NCBI GenBank assembly: GCA_943787795.1
Contig: CALSNU010000001.1
Coordinates: 32,001-96,000, forward strand
Direction: 5' to 3'
Length of the DNA stretch: 64,000 bases
Source: an uncultured bacterium
GTDB taxonomy: Bacteria; Planctomycetota; UBA1135; GCA-002686595
A program made the translations under genes and the position numbers. Every line of letters begins with the position of its first letter. The stretch's first letter is position 1. Below are positions 36,040 to 47,442 of the stretch, piece by piece. The notes below the pieces were generated by a model. It did not search any database, was not told the DNA's origin, and saw only the letters and a list, made by a program, of their open reading frames with translations.

Positions 36040-38766
36040 ATGGTGCCTCTTCCCCTTGTCGCGATCGCCCTGGCGTGGACGCCCTCGTCGGCGGGGCTCG
36101 CGGGACGGGTGGGCGGCACGCCGGACGGTCCGGACTACGCGGCCGAGATCGCGCCGATCTTCGAGCAGCGCTGCGTCGAGTGCCACGGGCCCGACCGTCA
36201 GGAGAGCGGGCTCCGGTTGGACCTGCTCCCCCGCGTGCTAGGTGGGGGAGACTCCGGCGAGCCGGGGGTGGTGGCCGGGGCCGCCGACCGCAGTGAGGTC
36301 CTGCGGCGGGTCACCACCGAGGACGAGTTCGAGGTGATGCCGCCCGCCGGCGAGCGCCTGAGCGACGCGGAGGCGGCGCTCCTCCGGCGGTGGATCGACG
36401 CCGGCGCGCACGGACCGGAGGGTGGGCAGGCCACCGGTGATCCCACGTGGGCGGGGGAAGCTGACCGCCGCGCGCACTGGGCGTTCCAGCCGCTGGCGGA
36501 TGGTGGCGGCGTCGAGGGGGGCGGTCCGTCGACGCTGGATGAGTTCATTCGAGCCGGGCTGGAGGGGGCTGGGCTGGCGCCCTCACCTGCGGCCGAGCGG
36601 GAGGTCCTGATTCGTCGACTCTACCTCGACGTGCACGGCCTGCTGCCCGCGCCCCAGGACGTGGCCGCCTTCGTGGGGGACTCCCGCCCTGACGCCTGGC
36701 CGCGGCTCGTCGATGAGGTCCTCGCGAGCCCGCGCTATGGAGAACGCTGGGCCCAGCACTGGCTCGACGTCGTCCAGTACGCCGAGACGAACGGCTTCGA
36801 GATGAACACCCCTCGTCCGACCGCGTACCACTACCGGGACTGGGTGATTCGCGCGCTCAACGAGGACCTGCCCTACGACCGCTTCGTCTTCCAGCAGCTG
36901 GCGGGGGACACGGTGGGAGAGGACGCGGCCACGGGCTTCCTCGTGGCGGGCGCCAGCGACGAGGTGAAGAGCGAGGAGGTCGCGTACACCGCCCAGCAGC
37001 GGCAGGATGAGCTGGCGGCCATGGTCAACACCACCGGGACGGCGTTCCTGGGGCTGACGGTGGGCTGCGCCCGCTGCCATAACCACAAGTTCGATCCCGT
37101 CAGCCAGCGCGAGTACTACGCCATGACCGCGGTGCTGGCGGGGGTTCGTCACGGTGAGCGTCCGCTGACCTCCCCGGAGATGGTCCGGCGGCGTCAACGG
37201 GTCGGGGAGCACCGCGCGGAGCTCGACTCGCTCAGGGACGGCCTCCACGCGCGACGGAGCGCGGTGACCTCTCGCTGGAACGAGGAGCGCTTCGAGCCCA
37301 GGCCCGCCACGGCGGTCCGGTTCACGGTCGAGGCCACGAACAGGGGCGAGCCCTGCATCGACGAGCTGGAGGTCTGGTCCGGTGGCGAGAACGTGGCCCT
37401 CTCCGCGAAGCCATCGTCCTCGGGCAATTTCCCGGGCCACCCCCGTCACGCGCTCGAGCACGTCAACGACGGCCTGGTCGGCAATGACCACAGCTGGATC
37501 TCGGACGCGCCAGGCGGCGGGTGGGTGCAGCTCGATCTCGCCGAGGGGCACGTCGTGGACCGGGTGGTGTGGGCGCGCGATCGTTCGGGCCGCTATGACG
37601 ACCGGACACCGACCCGCTACCGCATCGAGCTCCGGGACGAGGCGGGCGCGTGGATGAGGGTGGCGGGGTCTCAGGATCGACAGGAGTTCGGTGAGGAGGG
37701 GGGGGACGCTAAAGCGCTGGCCGCCTCACCCGCGGTGCTCGAGTCCCTCGCCACCGCCGAGGAGGCCCTGCGGCTGGCGCAGGCGGCGCCCTCCGCGATG
37801 GTGTACGGAGGCCGCCTCGAGGAGCCGCCGGCGGTCTACCGGCTGTTCAGGGGGGACGTGACCGCCCGGCGGGAGCTGGTGGTACCCGACATCCCGGCGA
37901 TCCTCGGCGGCCTCGAGCTGACCGCGGAGGCCCCGGAGTCCTCCCGGCGCGTGGCGATGGCGCGAGCCATCACCGAGGAGGCGGGCGCCCTGGCGGCGCG
38001 CGTGATGGTGAACCGGATCTGGGCCCACCACTTCGGCACGGGGCTCGTGGCGACCCCCGGTGACCTCGGCGTCAACGGCGCGCAGCCCACGCACCCGGCC
38101 TTGCTCGACTGGCTCGCGGCGCGCTTCATCGAGGGCGGCTGGTCCATGAAGGCGCTCCACCGGCGGATCCTCCTCTCGGACACTTACCGCCAGTCCAGCG
38201 CGCCGAGCTCCGCTGCGCTCGCGGTGGACGCCGACGCGCAGTGGCTCTGGCGCTTCCCTCCCCGACGGCTCGAGGCGGAGGTGCTCCGGGACTGCATCCT
38301 GCAGCTCGGCGGCAACCTTGACCTGGGCATGGGGGGGCCCGGCTTCAGCCTCTTCGAGCCCAACGAGAACTACGTCCGCGTCTACCTCCCCAAGGTGGCG
38401 CTCGACCCAGAGGATCACCGCCGCATGGTCTACATGCACAAGGTGCGCATGGAGACGGTCCCGGTCTTCGGGGCCTTCGATGTGCCTGACGCCGGCCAGG
38501 TGTGCCCCACCCGGGGCCGGTCCACCACCGCGATCCAGGCGCTCAACCTCTTCAACAGCCCCTTCGTACTCGCCCAGGCGCGCCGGATGGCGGCGCGCCT
38601 CGAGGTGTCCGGCCCGGACGCCGTGGAGGCGGCGTACCGCCTGGCCTATGGCCGCGCCGCGGCGCCTGGCGAGGCGCGGGCGGCCGGGGCCTTCATCGAG
38701 CAGGAGGGTCTGGCGGCCTTCTGCCGCGCGGTCCTCAACTCCAACGAGCTGGTGTTCCTCCCGTGA
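36040..38766 (+). CDS. Planctomycete cytochrome c / DUF1549 + DUF1553 (PSD1) protein with inserted discoidin (F5/8 type C)-like domain
   Basis: CVECH and [11 protein letters not shown] heme-type motifs; [39 protein letters not shown]. Confidence 0.92.
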   Translation: MVPLPLVAIALAWTPSSAGLAGRVGGTPDGPDYAAEIAPIFEQRCVECHGPDRQESGLRLDLLPRVLGGGDSGEPGVVAGAADRSEVLRRVTTEDEFEVMPPAGERLSDAEAALLRRWIDAGAHGPEGGQATGDPTWAGEADRRAHWAFQPLADGGGVEGGGPSTLDEFIRAGLEGAGLAPSPAAEREVLIRRLYLDVHGLLPAPQDVAAFVGDSRPDAWPRLVDEVLASPRYGERWAQHWLDVVQYAETNGFEMNTPRPTAYHYRDWVIRALNEDLPYDRFVFQQLAGDTVGEDAATGFLVAGASDEVKSEEVAYTAQQRQDELAAMVNTTGTAFLGLTVGCARCHNHKFDPVSQREYYAMTAVLAGVRHGERPLTSPEMVRRRQRVGEHRAELDSLRDGLHARRSAVTSRWNEERFEPRPATAVRFTVEATNRGEPCIDELEVWSGGENVALSAKPSSSGNFPGHPRHALEHVNDGLVGNDHSWISDAPGGGWVQLDLAEGHVVDRVVWARDRSGRYDDRTPTRYRIELRDEAGAWMRVAGSQDRQEFGEEGGDAKALAASPAVLESLATAEEALRLAQAAPSAMVYGGRLEEPPAVYRLFRGDVTARRELVVPDIPAILGGLELTAEAPESSRRVAMARAITEEAGALAARVMVNRIWAHHFGTGLVATPGDLGVNGAQPTHPALLDWLAARFIEGGWSMKALHRRILLSDTYRQSSAPSSAALAVDADAQWLWRFPPRRLEAEVLRDCILQLGGNLDLGMGGPGFSLFEPNENYVRVYLPKVALDPEDHRRMVYMHKVRMETVPVFGAFDVPDAGQVCPTRGRSTTAIQALNLFNSPFVLAQARRMAARLEVSGPDAVEAAYRLAYGRAAAPGEARAAGAFIEQEGLAAFCRAVLNSNELVFLP

Positions 38767-40205
38767 CGCGCCTCAGCCGAAGGGACCTGCTCGGGCACAT
38801 GAGCTCGGGGTTGGGCTTCATGGCCGCCTCGCATCTCCTGAAGGCGGACGGCCGGCTCGCGGAGGACGCGGTCTCGATCGATCCGGGCGCGCCCTTCGCG
38901 GCGCGCTCGCCGCACTTTGCGCCCAGGGCCAAGAACGTCGTGGTGATCTTCTGCAGCGGCGCCCTGAGCCAGGTGGACTCGTTCGATCACAAGCCCGAGC
39001 TGATCCGTCGGCACGACACGCCGCTCCCGGGTGGCGACGGGCTGATCACCTTCCAGGGGGCGAACGGGAACCTGCACCGGCCCCTCTACGACTTCCGACC
39101 GCGGGGGGAGTGCGGGAAGATGACGAGCGACCTGCTCCCGCAGCTCGGGGACCTCTCGGACGACCTCTGCTACATCCACTCGCTGCACACGAAGACGGCG
39201 ACCCACGGGCCGGGCGAGAACTGCATGTCGACGGGGTACATCCTCGATGGCTTCCCGAGCATGGGCGCCTGGGCGACCTACGCGCTGGGGAGTGAGTGCG
39301 CCGACCTCCCGGCCTTCGTGGCAATCCCCGACCCCCGCGGGGTGCCCCAGAGCTCCATCAACAACTGGGGCGCTGGCTTCCTGCCGGCCGCCTTCCAGGG
39401 GACGCCGTTCAACGCCGCGCGGCCCGTGCAGAACCTCGCGCCGCCGGCGGGGCTGGACCCCCGACGTGACCGGGCGACGCGTGACTTCCTCCGGCGACTG
39501 AACGAGGCGCACCTCGATCGCTATCCGGGGGACGCCGAGCTCGCGGCCCGGATCGCGAGCTATGAGATGGCCGCCAGGATGCAGCTCTCCGTACCGGAGG
39601 TGACCGACCTCTCCACCGAGTCGGCGTCCACGCGGCGCATGTACGGCACGGACGACCCCAACCCGTTGAAGGCCGGGTTCGCCCGCAACTGCCTCCTCGC
39701 CCGGCGGCTCGTGGAGAAGGGCGTCCGCTTCGTTCAGCTGTTCAACGGCGCCTACGCCATGGGGGAGGGCAAGGGCAACTGGGACGGGCACCAGCAGCTG
39801 AAGACGGACTATGACGTGCATGGGCCGATCCTGGACCAGCCCGCAGCGGCGCTGATCCGGGACCTCAAGCAGCGCGGCATGCTCGAGGACACCCTCGTCG
39901 TGCTGTGCACCGAGTTCGGCCGGATGCCCACCTTCCAGGCGGGCGCTCAGGGCCGTGACCACAACCCGTCGGCCATGACGGCGATCCTCGCCGGCGCCGG
40001 CGTCAAGGCGCCGTTCACCCATGGGGCCACGGACGACTTCGGTTGGAAGTCGGTCGTCGACCCGGTCAGCGTGCACGACTTCCACGCGACGATCCTCCAC
40101 CTCCTCGGACTCGACCACACGCGCCTCACCCACTACCACAACGGGCTCCAACGTCGCCTGACCGACGTTCACGGCGAGGTCATCTCGGGCATCCTCAAGG
40201 CCTGA
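38763..40205 (+). CDS. DUF1501 domain protein (Tat-like N-terminus)
   Basis: [57 protein letters not shown] overlap with the upstream gene. Confidence 0.92.
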   Translation: MTRLSRRDLLGHMSSGLGFMAASHLLKADGRLAEDAVSIDPGAPFAARSPHFAPRAKNVVVIFCSGALSQVDSFDHKPELIRRHDTPLPGGDGLITFQGANGNLHRPLYDFRPRGECGKMTSDLLPQLGDLSDDLCYIHSLHTKTATHGPGENCMSTGYILDGFPSMGAWATYALGSECADLPAFVAIPDPRGVPQSSINNWGAGFLPAAFQGTPFNAARPVQNLAPPAGLDPRRDRATRDFLRRLNEAHLDRYPGDAELAARIASYEMAARMQLSVPEVTDLSTESASTRRMYGTDDPNPLKAGFARNCLLARRLVEKGVRFVQLFNGAYAMGEGKGNWDGHQQLKTDYDVHGPILDQPAAALIRDLKQRGMLEDTLVVLCTEFGRMPTFQAGAQGRDHNPSAMTAILAGAGVKAPFTHGATDDFGWKSVVDPVSVHDFHATILHLLGLDHTRLTHYHNGLQRRLTDVHGEVISGILKA

Positions 40206-40347
40206 ATTCAGCCTGGAGAGGAGGGCGGCGCGGCGCCACCGTGTCGTCGGTGGAGGTGGACCGGGGGGGCCGCGTTTCCGTCGCCGCTCCCGGTCGCCGA
40301 CGGCCCCAGAGGTCCGCGATGGGCCGCGGGGAGACAGGCCCTCCAGG

Positions 40348-41061
40348 TCAACGCCCGAGGTCCCACACGATGACCTCGGCGCGCTGGATGCCCTCGAGGC
40401 GCAGGGCCGTCTCATCCACGACCCCGGCGCCGTCGCCGGGGCCCAGGACGAGGTCATTCAGGCGGACCTCCCCGGAGCTGACGTGGACCCAGGCGCGCCT
40501 TCCCTCGACCGACAGGCTCGCCGCCTCGGAGGGGTCGAAGGTGCCCAGGAAGAGGCGGGCGTCCTGGCCGATCTGGATCGGTGCCGGCGTGGCCTCGCCG
40601 GCTGCGGTCGCGGGTCCAACGGCCAGGGCGAGCTGACCCTGGCGCTGGATCGCGGGGATATGCCGCTGGTCATAGCGGGGCTCGCCGCCAGCTTGAGCGG
40701 GTTCGATCCACATCTGGAGCAGGTGTAGCGGCTCGTTCTTGGAGGCGTTGAACTCGCTGTGAACGACGCCAGAACCCGCGGACATGAACTGAACGTCGCC
40801 GGGCCGGATCAGGGAGCCATTGCCCATGCTGTCCTCGTGGCGGAGCTCCCCCTCGAGGACCACGGTGACAATCTCCATATCCCGGTGCGGGTGGCTCGGG
40901 AATCCGCCGCCGACCTGCACCCGGTCCTGGTTCAGGACGCGCAGGCTGCCCCACTGCATGAACTCCGGGTCGAAGTAGCTCGCGAAGGAGAACGTGTGGC
41001 GCGCGTCGAGCCAGCCGTGGTCGGCGTGGCCGCGATCGGCGGAGCGGCGGAGCGTGATCAT
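40348..41061 (-). CDS. Pirin family protein (YhhW-like)
   Basis: RGHADHGWL..RHTFSFA, HPHRDMEI, HEDSMGN, MSAGSGVVHSE, LQMWI. Confidence 0.92.
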   Translation of the reverse strand: MITLRRSADRGHADHGWLDARHTFSFASYFDPEFMQWGSLRVLNQDRVQVGGGFPSHPHRDMEIVTVVLEGELRHEDSMGNGSLIRPGDVQFMSAGSGVVHSEFNASKNEPLHLLQMWIEPAQAGGEPRYDQRHIPAIQRQGQLALAVGPATAAGEATPAPIQIGQDARLFLGTFDPSEAASLSVEGRRAWVHVSSGEVRLNDLVLGPGDGAGVVDETALRLEGIQRAEVIVWDLGR

Positions 41062-41078
41062 GGCCCCACTTAGTCCCC

Positions 41079-42275
41079 TCACTCCTCCTCTTCAAGTACG
41101 AGCTGGATGGCGCCCGACGTCTCGATCATGATCGGCTCGAGTCCCTCCCATTCGGGGTCGCCCTGGACGTGCTGGCCGAAGATCCGAACCGGGGCGGCAA
41201 ACCCGCTCCCGTCAGCATCGAGCGGGGCCGCGGAGATCCGCGCGTCGGAACTCAGGGTCGGCGGGAGGTAGATTGTGAGTCGACCCCGCACGTCCGACCT
41301 CAGGCGATGCCCGCCGTGGAACCCGTAGCTGTTGGTCCAGCCCCTGGAGCGGGTCCCTTCGGGCAGGGAGATCCTGCTGGGGGCCTCGGGCCGGAACTGG
41401 AGCCGGAAGGCCATCCCCGGGGTCGGCGGAAGGAACTCCACCAGGTGGACCTCCAGGTCTTCGAAGGTCAGCGCGGCTCGCTGAGCGTCCACCGAGACCG
41501 AGGTCTCGAAGATGGTGACGGGACGGTCATGCCCACCCTCCAGCGGCGTCGAGCCTAGGCTGAGGATCGGGTGGCTCGGCACCAACGTCGCCTCGAACGT
41601 GGCGTGCCCGTGGTGATCGAGGACGCGGGTCTCCCTCATGGTGACGTGCGGGAGACGGATCCCTGACTGCTGCGCGCCGCCCGCCGGGTCGCTCCAGGTC
41701 AGGGTGGCCTCGAGGTATCCGCCGAGGCCCACGAGGCGAGGGAACTCGACTCGAAGTGGCTGGCTTCGAACCAGCGGGCACAGGATCTCCTCGTGGGTAA
41801 CGTCGGGGTCGAGCGGGAAGCCTCGGCTCCCGTAGCCGGGTGCGGAGACGAGGATCTGCTCGTGGTCGGCGCCCTTCGCATCGACCGGCGCCTCGATCCG
41901 CTCGAGCAGCACCGACGGGTTGGGGTCGTCCTCGGTGGCGGAGAGTGACCCCTGCACGTTCTTGTCGCCGCGGCGGTGGAGGTAGGTCGCGGATTCCCCG
42001 GCCGATAGTCCCTCGATGATGAGGCGAACGGTGGGGCCCACGGGAACCTCGATCGCCGCTGGAGAGGCGGCCTCCGGGGCCGGCAGGTTTGCCGCTCTCC
42101 GGCCTGGCTTGTCGGGAGCGGGGAGCATGACGCCGGCCTCGGCGGCCGAGATCTCCTCGGGCATCGACCGCGCGACGCGCTCACCCTCGCGCTCCTCTGG
42201 ACCCCACATGAGGAGCACGAGGAAGACCGCGACGAGCACGGTGCCGGCGCGGATCAGGGCGGTCTGGGGCTTCAA
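41079..42275 (-). CDS. Hypothetical membrane-anchored protein
   Basis: N-terminal TM, Pro/Ala linker, beta-rich remainder (VSAPGY). No family recognised. Confidence 0.5.
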   Translation of the reverse strand: MKPQTALIRAGTVLVAVFLVLLMWGPEEREGERVARSMPEEISAAEAGVMLPAPDKPGRRAANLPAPEAASPAAIEVPVGPTVRLIIEGLSAGESATYLHRRGDKNVQGSLSATEDDPNPSVLLERIEAPVDAKGADHEQILVSAPGYGSRGFPLDPDVTHEEILCPLVRSQPLRVEFPRLVGLGGYLEATLTWSDPAGGAQQSGIRLPHVTMRETRVLDHHGHATFEATLVPSHPILSLGSTPLEGGHDRPVTIFETSVSVDAQRAALTFEDLEVHLVEFLPPTPGMAFRLQFRPEAPSRISLPEGTRSRGWTNSYGFHGGHRLRSDVRGRLTIYLPPTLSSDARISAAPLDADGSGFAAPVRIFGQHVQGDPEWEGLEPIMIETSGAIQLVLEEEE

Positions 42276-42373
42276 TTCAGGGGGAGATGATCGAGGGGTC
42301 GAGGCACAGGTCCTACGCGACCGGCGCCGGGGCGTTGGGGGGAGCCCCCTGCCGCAAGCTGAGGCCTGGCCGG

Positions 42374-43324
42374 TTAGCTGCCAAGACCAAGGTCACCGAG
42401 CAGGTCCAGCCAGGCGGCGGACTCTCGTTCGGGGGCGGCGAGGGCTGCCCGTTCGTTCGAGAGTCGTGAGAGCTGCTCTGCGAAGCCGGACTCGCTCTCG
42501 ACCTGGAGCATCAACCGGGCGAGGCCCTCCGCGTCCCCTGGCCGGAACAGGCCCGGGTGCTGCTCACCGAGCAGGCCCGTGTTCCCGGGGATCTCGCTGG
42601 CGAGGACCGGGACCCCGAGGGCGAAGGCCTCCGTGATGACGTTGGCGCCTCCCTCGCTGCGAGAGGGCACCACCACGGCTCGGGCGCCGCCGAGCAGGCA
42701 GAGCGCCTCCGACCGCCTCACGTTGCCCCGCCACTCGTACCGCGGGTTGTTCGCCTGCTCGAGGCGGGCGGCCTCGGCGATCTGTGGGTCGAGGGCGGCG
42801 CCCACGTGGATCACCCGAAGCTCCGACCGCTCCGGCAGGAGGCGCGCGGCCTCGGCAGGGAGCAGCGGCTCCTTGACCGCTCGCAGGCTGGCGACGACCG
42901 CGATCTCGGCCGCCTCACGTGCAGGGACCGAGCGCCGCGGCATGGCCTGGTGGATCACATGGGCGCGTTGGCGCTGGGTCGAGCTGAGCTCGCGGAGGGC
43001 ATGCTCCTGGAGGACGATGATCCCGTCCGCGCGCTCGAGGAGCGGCTGCGCCTCCGCTCCCAACTCGTAGATGTCGGTCCCCGTGCAGGCGACGACCAGC
43101 CTCGCCTCGGGGTGGAGATCCATCAAACGCTCGATCTCTGAGCGCACCTTCACGGCGTGGAGAGCGATGAGGAGGTCGACGTGGACGCAGGGGGGCCGGC
43201 GGCGCGCGTGCTCGGCGCGGCGGACGGACCAGCCAAGGGAGCGCAGGCGTCCCGCCCAGCGCAGGGCCGTGGTTCGGTTGCCGCCGAGCGCGTCTTGCGG
43301 GGTGGAGAGGAGGGCGGTCCGCAT
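42374..43324 (-). CDS. senB: Selenoneine-biosynthesis selenosugar synthase SenB-like glycosyltransferase (TIGR04348 type)
   Basis: GNRTTALRWA, IALHA, TGTDIY, LRAVKEP, SRSEGGANVITEA, IPGNTGLLG. Confidence 0.8.
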   Translation of the reverse strand: MRTALLSTPQDALGGNRTTALRWAGRLRSLGWSVRRAEHARRRPPCVHVDLLIALHAVKVRSEIERLMDLHPEARLVVACTGTDIYELGAEAQPLLERADGIIVLQEHALRELSSTQRQRAHVIHQAMPRRSVPAREAAEIAVVASLRAVKEPLLPAEAARLLPERSELRVIHVGAALDPQIAEAARLEQANNPRYEWRGNVRRSEALCLLGGARAVVVPSRSEGGANVITEAFALGVPVLASEIPGNTGLLGEQHPGLFRPGDAEGLARLMLQVESESGFAEQLSRLSNERAALAAPERESAAWLDLLGDLGLGS

Positions 43325-43856
43325 GGGCTTCCGCCGGCGAGTCGCGCCAGCGTGAGTCCACAAGGTACCCAGGAACCCGCGCCGTCTGAACTTCGGCTTC
43401 GAGCGGCGCTCGCTTGTGGTCCATCCGTGTCGCTCATCGGGTCAACCCTGATTGGGTGGGGCAGGCACCCTGTGAGCAGCGGTCGCGTGGGAAGCTCCCG
43501 AGGTGGAGGGTGTGGTCGAGGCGCCCTACGGTGTCATCTAATGGGTCCCGCCTGCCCTCCTCCAAGCTCCCCCGAGTCTTGAAGCTCGACATGTCGGACT
43601 GCCCCAAGACACTCGCTCCGCTCCTCCACCTCGCCTATCAGTGGGATGGGGACCTCGTTGAGGCCGAGTACGGCTTCTTTCAACGCGCACGTGATGAGGC
43701 CGAGCTGGCCGCGGCTCAGGTCGTGGCTAGCGAGTGATGATCTTCACCCTGCACCTCCATGAAGCCTAGCTTGAGGACCACCGGTCGAGCCGAACTCGTT
43801 GTCGTCGGAGTGCCCTTCGGCGTGGGCCTCTCGCCTGTGACCCAGGGGGCGGCGAG

Positions 43857-44915
43857 GTGTTGAGCTCCACGGTCGATGAAGGGGCGGGCCGCCGGGCCCA
43901 GTCGCTCGGCTGGCTCGGCTGGCTCGCCCCCGTGCTCGTCGTGGCTTGCCAGGTCCAGGGGAGCGAGATGGAGCGAGCCGCCGAGGTTCAGGCGCTGAGT
44001 CGAGCGGCCCGTGCGATGGACGCGGCGGCCGATCGATGGGGTGAGAGCCGCCGCTGCGTCACGTGTCATACCAACGGCCTCGCGCTCCTCGCTCAGGCGG
44101 AGGGGCCGAGCGAGCCCGAGGCGGTCGAGCGGAACCGAGCCTTCGCGCGCTCCTACCTCTCCCGTTACCTGGTGGAGGGGCAGGAGCCGCGTGGCCAGCA
44201 TGGGAGCGTCACGGGGCTCGTGGCCACCTCTGCCTTCCTGGCGCTCAGCGACGCGCGGGGGGCCGAGGAGATTGGCGCGATGACCCGAATCGGCCTCGAC
44301 TACGCCTGGTCCGCCCTGGACGACTCTGGCACCTGGGAGGGCTGGCTCCAGTGCAACTGGCCCCCTTACGAGGCGGACACTGCCTTCGGGACCACGCTCA
44401 TGCTCGTGGCGTTGGGCGAGCTCCGGGAGCGGTTCGGGGTGGGCGCGCTCTCGGCCAGCGACCTCGAGGGCGCTACGGCGCTCCAGGGGTGGTTGCGTGC
44501 TCACCCGCCCGTGAGTCCTCACGACGAGGCCATGCGGATCTGGGTAGGGACCTTCTGGGGCGATGTTGAGGAGGCGGGGCGCCTTCAGCGATGGCGCGCC
44601 GAGCTCGGGGAGCGCCAGCGCGTGGACGGCGGGTGGTCCATGGCCTCCCTCGGGGCCGGGACCTGGGTCCACGACGGGGGCCTGCCGCTCGAAGAGGAGA
44701 GCGGCGCGTACGCCACGGCCTTCTCGCTCTTCATCCTCCTGGAGACCGGCGCGGACCCTGGGGACGAGCGGATCCGGCGAGGCCGGGCGTGGCTCCGTCG
44801 CCGCCAGGGGGCAGATGGAACGTGGACGGACCGCTCGCCCCGTCGCGACGGCCTGCACTACATCGGGCGGGCCGCGACGGCCTTCGCGGTCCTCGCCCTC
44901 GCTGACGGTCCGTGA
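43857..44915 (+). CDS. Prenyltransferase/squalene-cyclase-repeat (alpha/alpha toroid) protein with CxxCH, probably exported
   Basis: Lipobox-like VVAC; CVTCHTN; QW-like repeats RQRVDGGW and RQGADGTW; SGAYATA. Confidence 0.7.
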   Translation: MLSSTVDEGAGRRAQSLGWLGWLAPVLVVACQVQGSEMERAAEVQALSRAARAMDAAADRWGESRRCVTCHTNGLALLAQAEGPSEPEAVERNRAFARSYLSRYLVEGQEPRGQHGSVTGLVATSAFLALSDARGAEEIGAMTRIGLDYAWSALDDSGTWEGWLQCNWPPYEADTAFGTTLMLVALGELRERFGVGALSASDLEGATALQGWLRAHPPVSPHDEAMRIWVGTFWGDVEEAGRLQRWRAELGERQRVDGGWSMASLGAGTWVHDGGLPLEEESGAYATAFSLFILLETGADPGDERIRRGRAWLRRRQGADGTWTDRSPRRDGLHYIGRAATAFAVLALADGP

Positions 44916-45018
44916 GCGCCACGCGGCGACCCGCCCTTGAACGGGAGGCGCCCGCGCCGCTCGGGTGAGCGGGCGCGGGCGCCTCTCCTGATCACGGGCG
45001 GCCAAGGCCGCCACCCCT

Positions 45019-47442
45019 TCAGTCGAAGGTGATCCGCATGGCGCTCGAGAAGTTCGACACGGGGAAGCCGAACACAGAGTCGCGGTACCAGTACTGGAAG
45101 TAGCGGGTGTCGCCCGGCATCACCGCCACCACGCCCGTGGGCGTCGGGATGGCCGTGAGGTCCGGATCGAAGGAGACCTCGCCGGTGGAGCCCGAGTTCA
45201 GGACGTTGCCGAGGAAGCGTCCGACCGAGGGCCCTGCGATGCAGAGGTCGCCGAAGCTGCCGCCCGGGTTGGTCACGACATTGGCGTCGAGCGAGGTGAT
45301 CGCGTAACCCGTCGAGTTGAGGGGCAGCTGGGTCACACCGACGGTGAGGTCCATGTCCGCGACCGTGGTGCTCCCGGAGAGCTCGAGGCGCGCGCCCAGG
45401 CCGAGGGAGTTGACGGCCCCCGGGCAGATCGTGGAGGCGAACTGCCCGCCACCGGTGCCGCCGACGGCCACGAGGGCGTAATCAGCGTCCACGGCGGGGG
45501 TCTCGACGTGGTTGTCCTGGACGATGGCGGTGGCGATGATCTCGATCTGCCAGTCCCCGTCGACGGGGTTCTCGACGAACACGTTCTCGATGGAGTTCGT
45601 GTTGTCCTCGGAACCCCCGGCGATGGACCACACGCCGCTCTCGAGGCCGTTGTTGCCCCAGTACACGACGCCGGTCGGCGAGGTGACCCTCAGCGAGAGG
45701 TTGTTGACGAGCTGAGACGAGGCCGAGGGGTTCCCCGCCGGCTCGCTCCAGTTCAGGCTGACCTTGAAGGACGCTTCCCCGGGCTCGACGCCGGCCATGA
45801 CCACCTGGGTCTCACCCTGGGTGATGACCTGGGTCTCATCGATGAGGATGGTCTTGTCCCGGTTGTCGTACATGTCCTGCAGGTTGGGGAAGCCCCAGCC
45901 GCAGTGCTCGCGACGGTTGTCCGAGCTGGACGCGGTGAAGTTGTATGGACGGGCGCTGACGACCATGTGGGCCTTGAGCGTCGTGAAGTGCGGTCGGTTC
46001 TCGTGGGTCGTACCGCCCGGCACGCGCAGCGGCTGGCCGAAGATGCCCACGCCGGGCGAGACCTCTTCCGTGCTCATCTGCAGGGCGATGGTGTTGTGAC
46101 CGGCAACGATCGGGGTCGCGCCGGAGGTGCCGCCGAAGCTGCTGGTCCAGCTGCCGCTGGAGTAGCCGCTGCTGCCCGTGCGGTCCGAGGTGCCAATCCC
46201 GTCGTAGTACGCGCAGAGCGTCGGCTTGATCCGGCCGTCCGAGGCAGGGCCGGTGCTCCCGCTGCCGGACCACGAGTCGTCGTTCGGGTTGCTGTTGTTG
46301 TTGTGGCGGACGCCACCGATGGAGAAGACGTTCTTCGCCCAGGCCTGCGGGCGCGAGTCCTGGTTGCCGGCGTTGGACTGACTCTGCGTCCACGAGATGT
46401 CGTGGTCGAAGACGATGTCGTCCGATTCGGCCGACGTGGAGGTGTAGAAGAACGTCCGCGAGCCGCCCCAAGAGGCGGTGGTGTGACTGACGTTGTGGGT
46501 GTTCACAAGGTCGTCGACCACCTGGTACCGCGAGCCGTTGACCGAGCCGTAGTTCGTGTAGAACTTGCCGGCGTCGGGCGCCATGCCGCGGACGGCAGGG
46601 TTGCTGTTGCCGTTTCCGAAGACGATCCCCGCGGTGGCGTGGCCATGGGACTGCGCCGCGCCGCTGCTGCGTACGTTGGTGACGGTGCCAGTGAAGTCGG
46701 GGTGCGTGGCCTCGACGCCCTCGTAGATGTGGGTGTTCACGCCGGCGCCGGTGTAGCCACCCATGCTCTCGACGTAGTTCCCCCCGCCCTGAATCCGCGC
46801 GTTGTCCATGTCGAGCTCAGGCGCCGACCAGCGGTCGATCCAGAGGACCTCGTCCATGTGGAGGGCCTGGAGCAGCTGAGGGCCGCTGAGCGTGACCTCG
46901 ATCAGCAGGCTGCCGGTCTGCTCGCTGTTGACGATGCCACCGATGTCCTTGATCTGGCGCATCAGCGACGGCTTATCGGTGCGCTTGTTCGCGACCACGA
47001 CGTTGAAGCGCACGAGCTCGGGCTGCTGAAGGAACTCCTCGGTGAGCAGCGCGGGGTCGAGGCGGAAGGCGGGGTGGTAGTCCCCAACCCAGCGGATCGA
47101 CCGAGCCCCCTCGAGGGTCGAGAGTGCGTCCGATGCCATGCGGACGACGTAGGCGTTCGAGGGCAGGTAGCCGATGATCTCACCCCCCAGTCCCTCGATG
47201 GTGTCGCGGCCTGCCTGGGTCGGCACGCCGCTGAACTGGACGATCCGCATCTGATCGCGCGCCGAGCTGCGCAGCGCGGCCGGGATCTCAGGGCTCGCAA
47301 CCACGGGATCGAAGTTCGCATAGCGGAGCTTGATCTGGCTCGAGGCAGCGCTGGGGGTGCTCGAGAGGATGGGGGACTGCGCGGCGGCCGTGCCGGCGAC
47401 AGCGCAGGCTGCGAGCGAGGTGCTGAGGAGGAGTCTGAGCAT
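45019..47442 (-). CDS. Secreted S8 (subtilisin-like) serine peptidase with C-terminal extension domain
   Basis: Signal peptide from ATG 47442; HPDF, HGHATAG, GPASDGRIKP, GGTSGATP; C-terminal domain ending RYFQYWYRD...NFSSA. Confidence 0.88.
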   Translation of the reverse strand: MLRLLLSTSLAACAVAGTAAAQSPILSSTPSAASSQIKLRYANFDPVVASPEIPAALRSSARDQMRIVQFSGVPTQAGRDTIEGLGGEIIGYLPSNAYVVRMASDALSTLEGARSIRWVGDYHPAFRLDPALLTEEFLQQPELVRFNVVVANKRTDKPSLMRQIKDIGGIVNSEQTGSLLIEVTLSGPQLLQALHMDEVLWIDRWSAPELDMDNARIQGGGNYVESMGGYTGAGVNTHIYEGVEATHPDFTGTVTNVRSSGAAQSHGHATAGIVFGNGNSNPAVRGMAPDAGKFYTNYGSVNGSRYQVVDDLVNTHNVSHTTASWGGSRTFFYTSTSAESDDIVFDHDISWTQSQSNAGNQDSRPQAWAKNVFSIGGVRHNNNSNPNDDSWSGSGSTGPASDGRIKPTLCAYYDGIGTSDRTGSSGYSSGSWTSSFGGTSGATPIVAGHNTIALQMSTEEVSPGVGIFGQPLRVPGGTTHENRPHFTTLKAHMVVSARPYNFTASSSDNRREHCGWGFPNLQDMYDNRDKTILIDETQVITQGETQVVMAGVEPGEASFKVSLNWSEPAGNPSASSQLVNNLSLRVTSPTGVVYWGNNGLESGVWSIAGGSEDNTNSIENVFVENPVDGDWQIEIIATAIVQDNHVETPAVDADYALVAVGGTGGGQFASTICPGAVNSLGLGARLELSGSTTVADMDLTVGVTQLPLNSTGYAITSLDANVVTNPGGSFGDLCIAGPSVGRFLGNVLNSGSTGEVSFDPDLTAIPTPTGVVAVMPGDTRYFQYWYRDSVFGFPVSNFSSAMRITFD

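Noticed and set aside
43591..43737. Small ORF MSDCPKTLAPLL... upstream of the toroid gene
   Set aside because: Only 48 codons with no motif; cannot be distinguished from chance.
43857..44915. Squalene-hopene cyclase (shc)
   Set aside because: Too short, no DxDD motif, and apparently exported.
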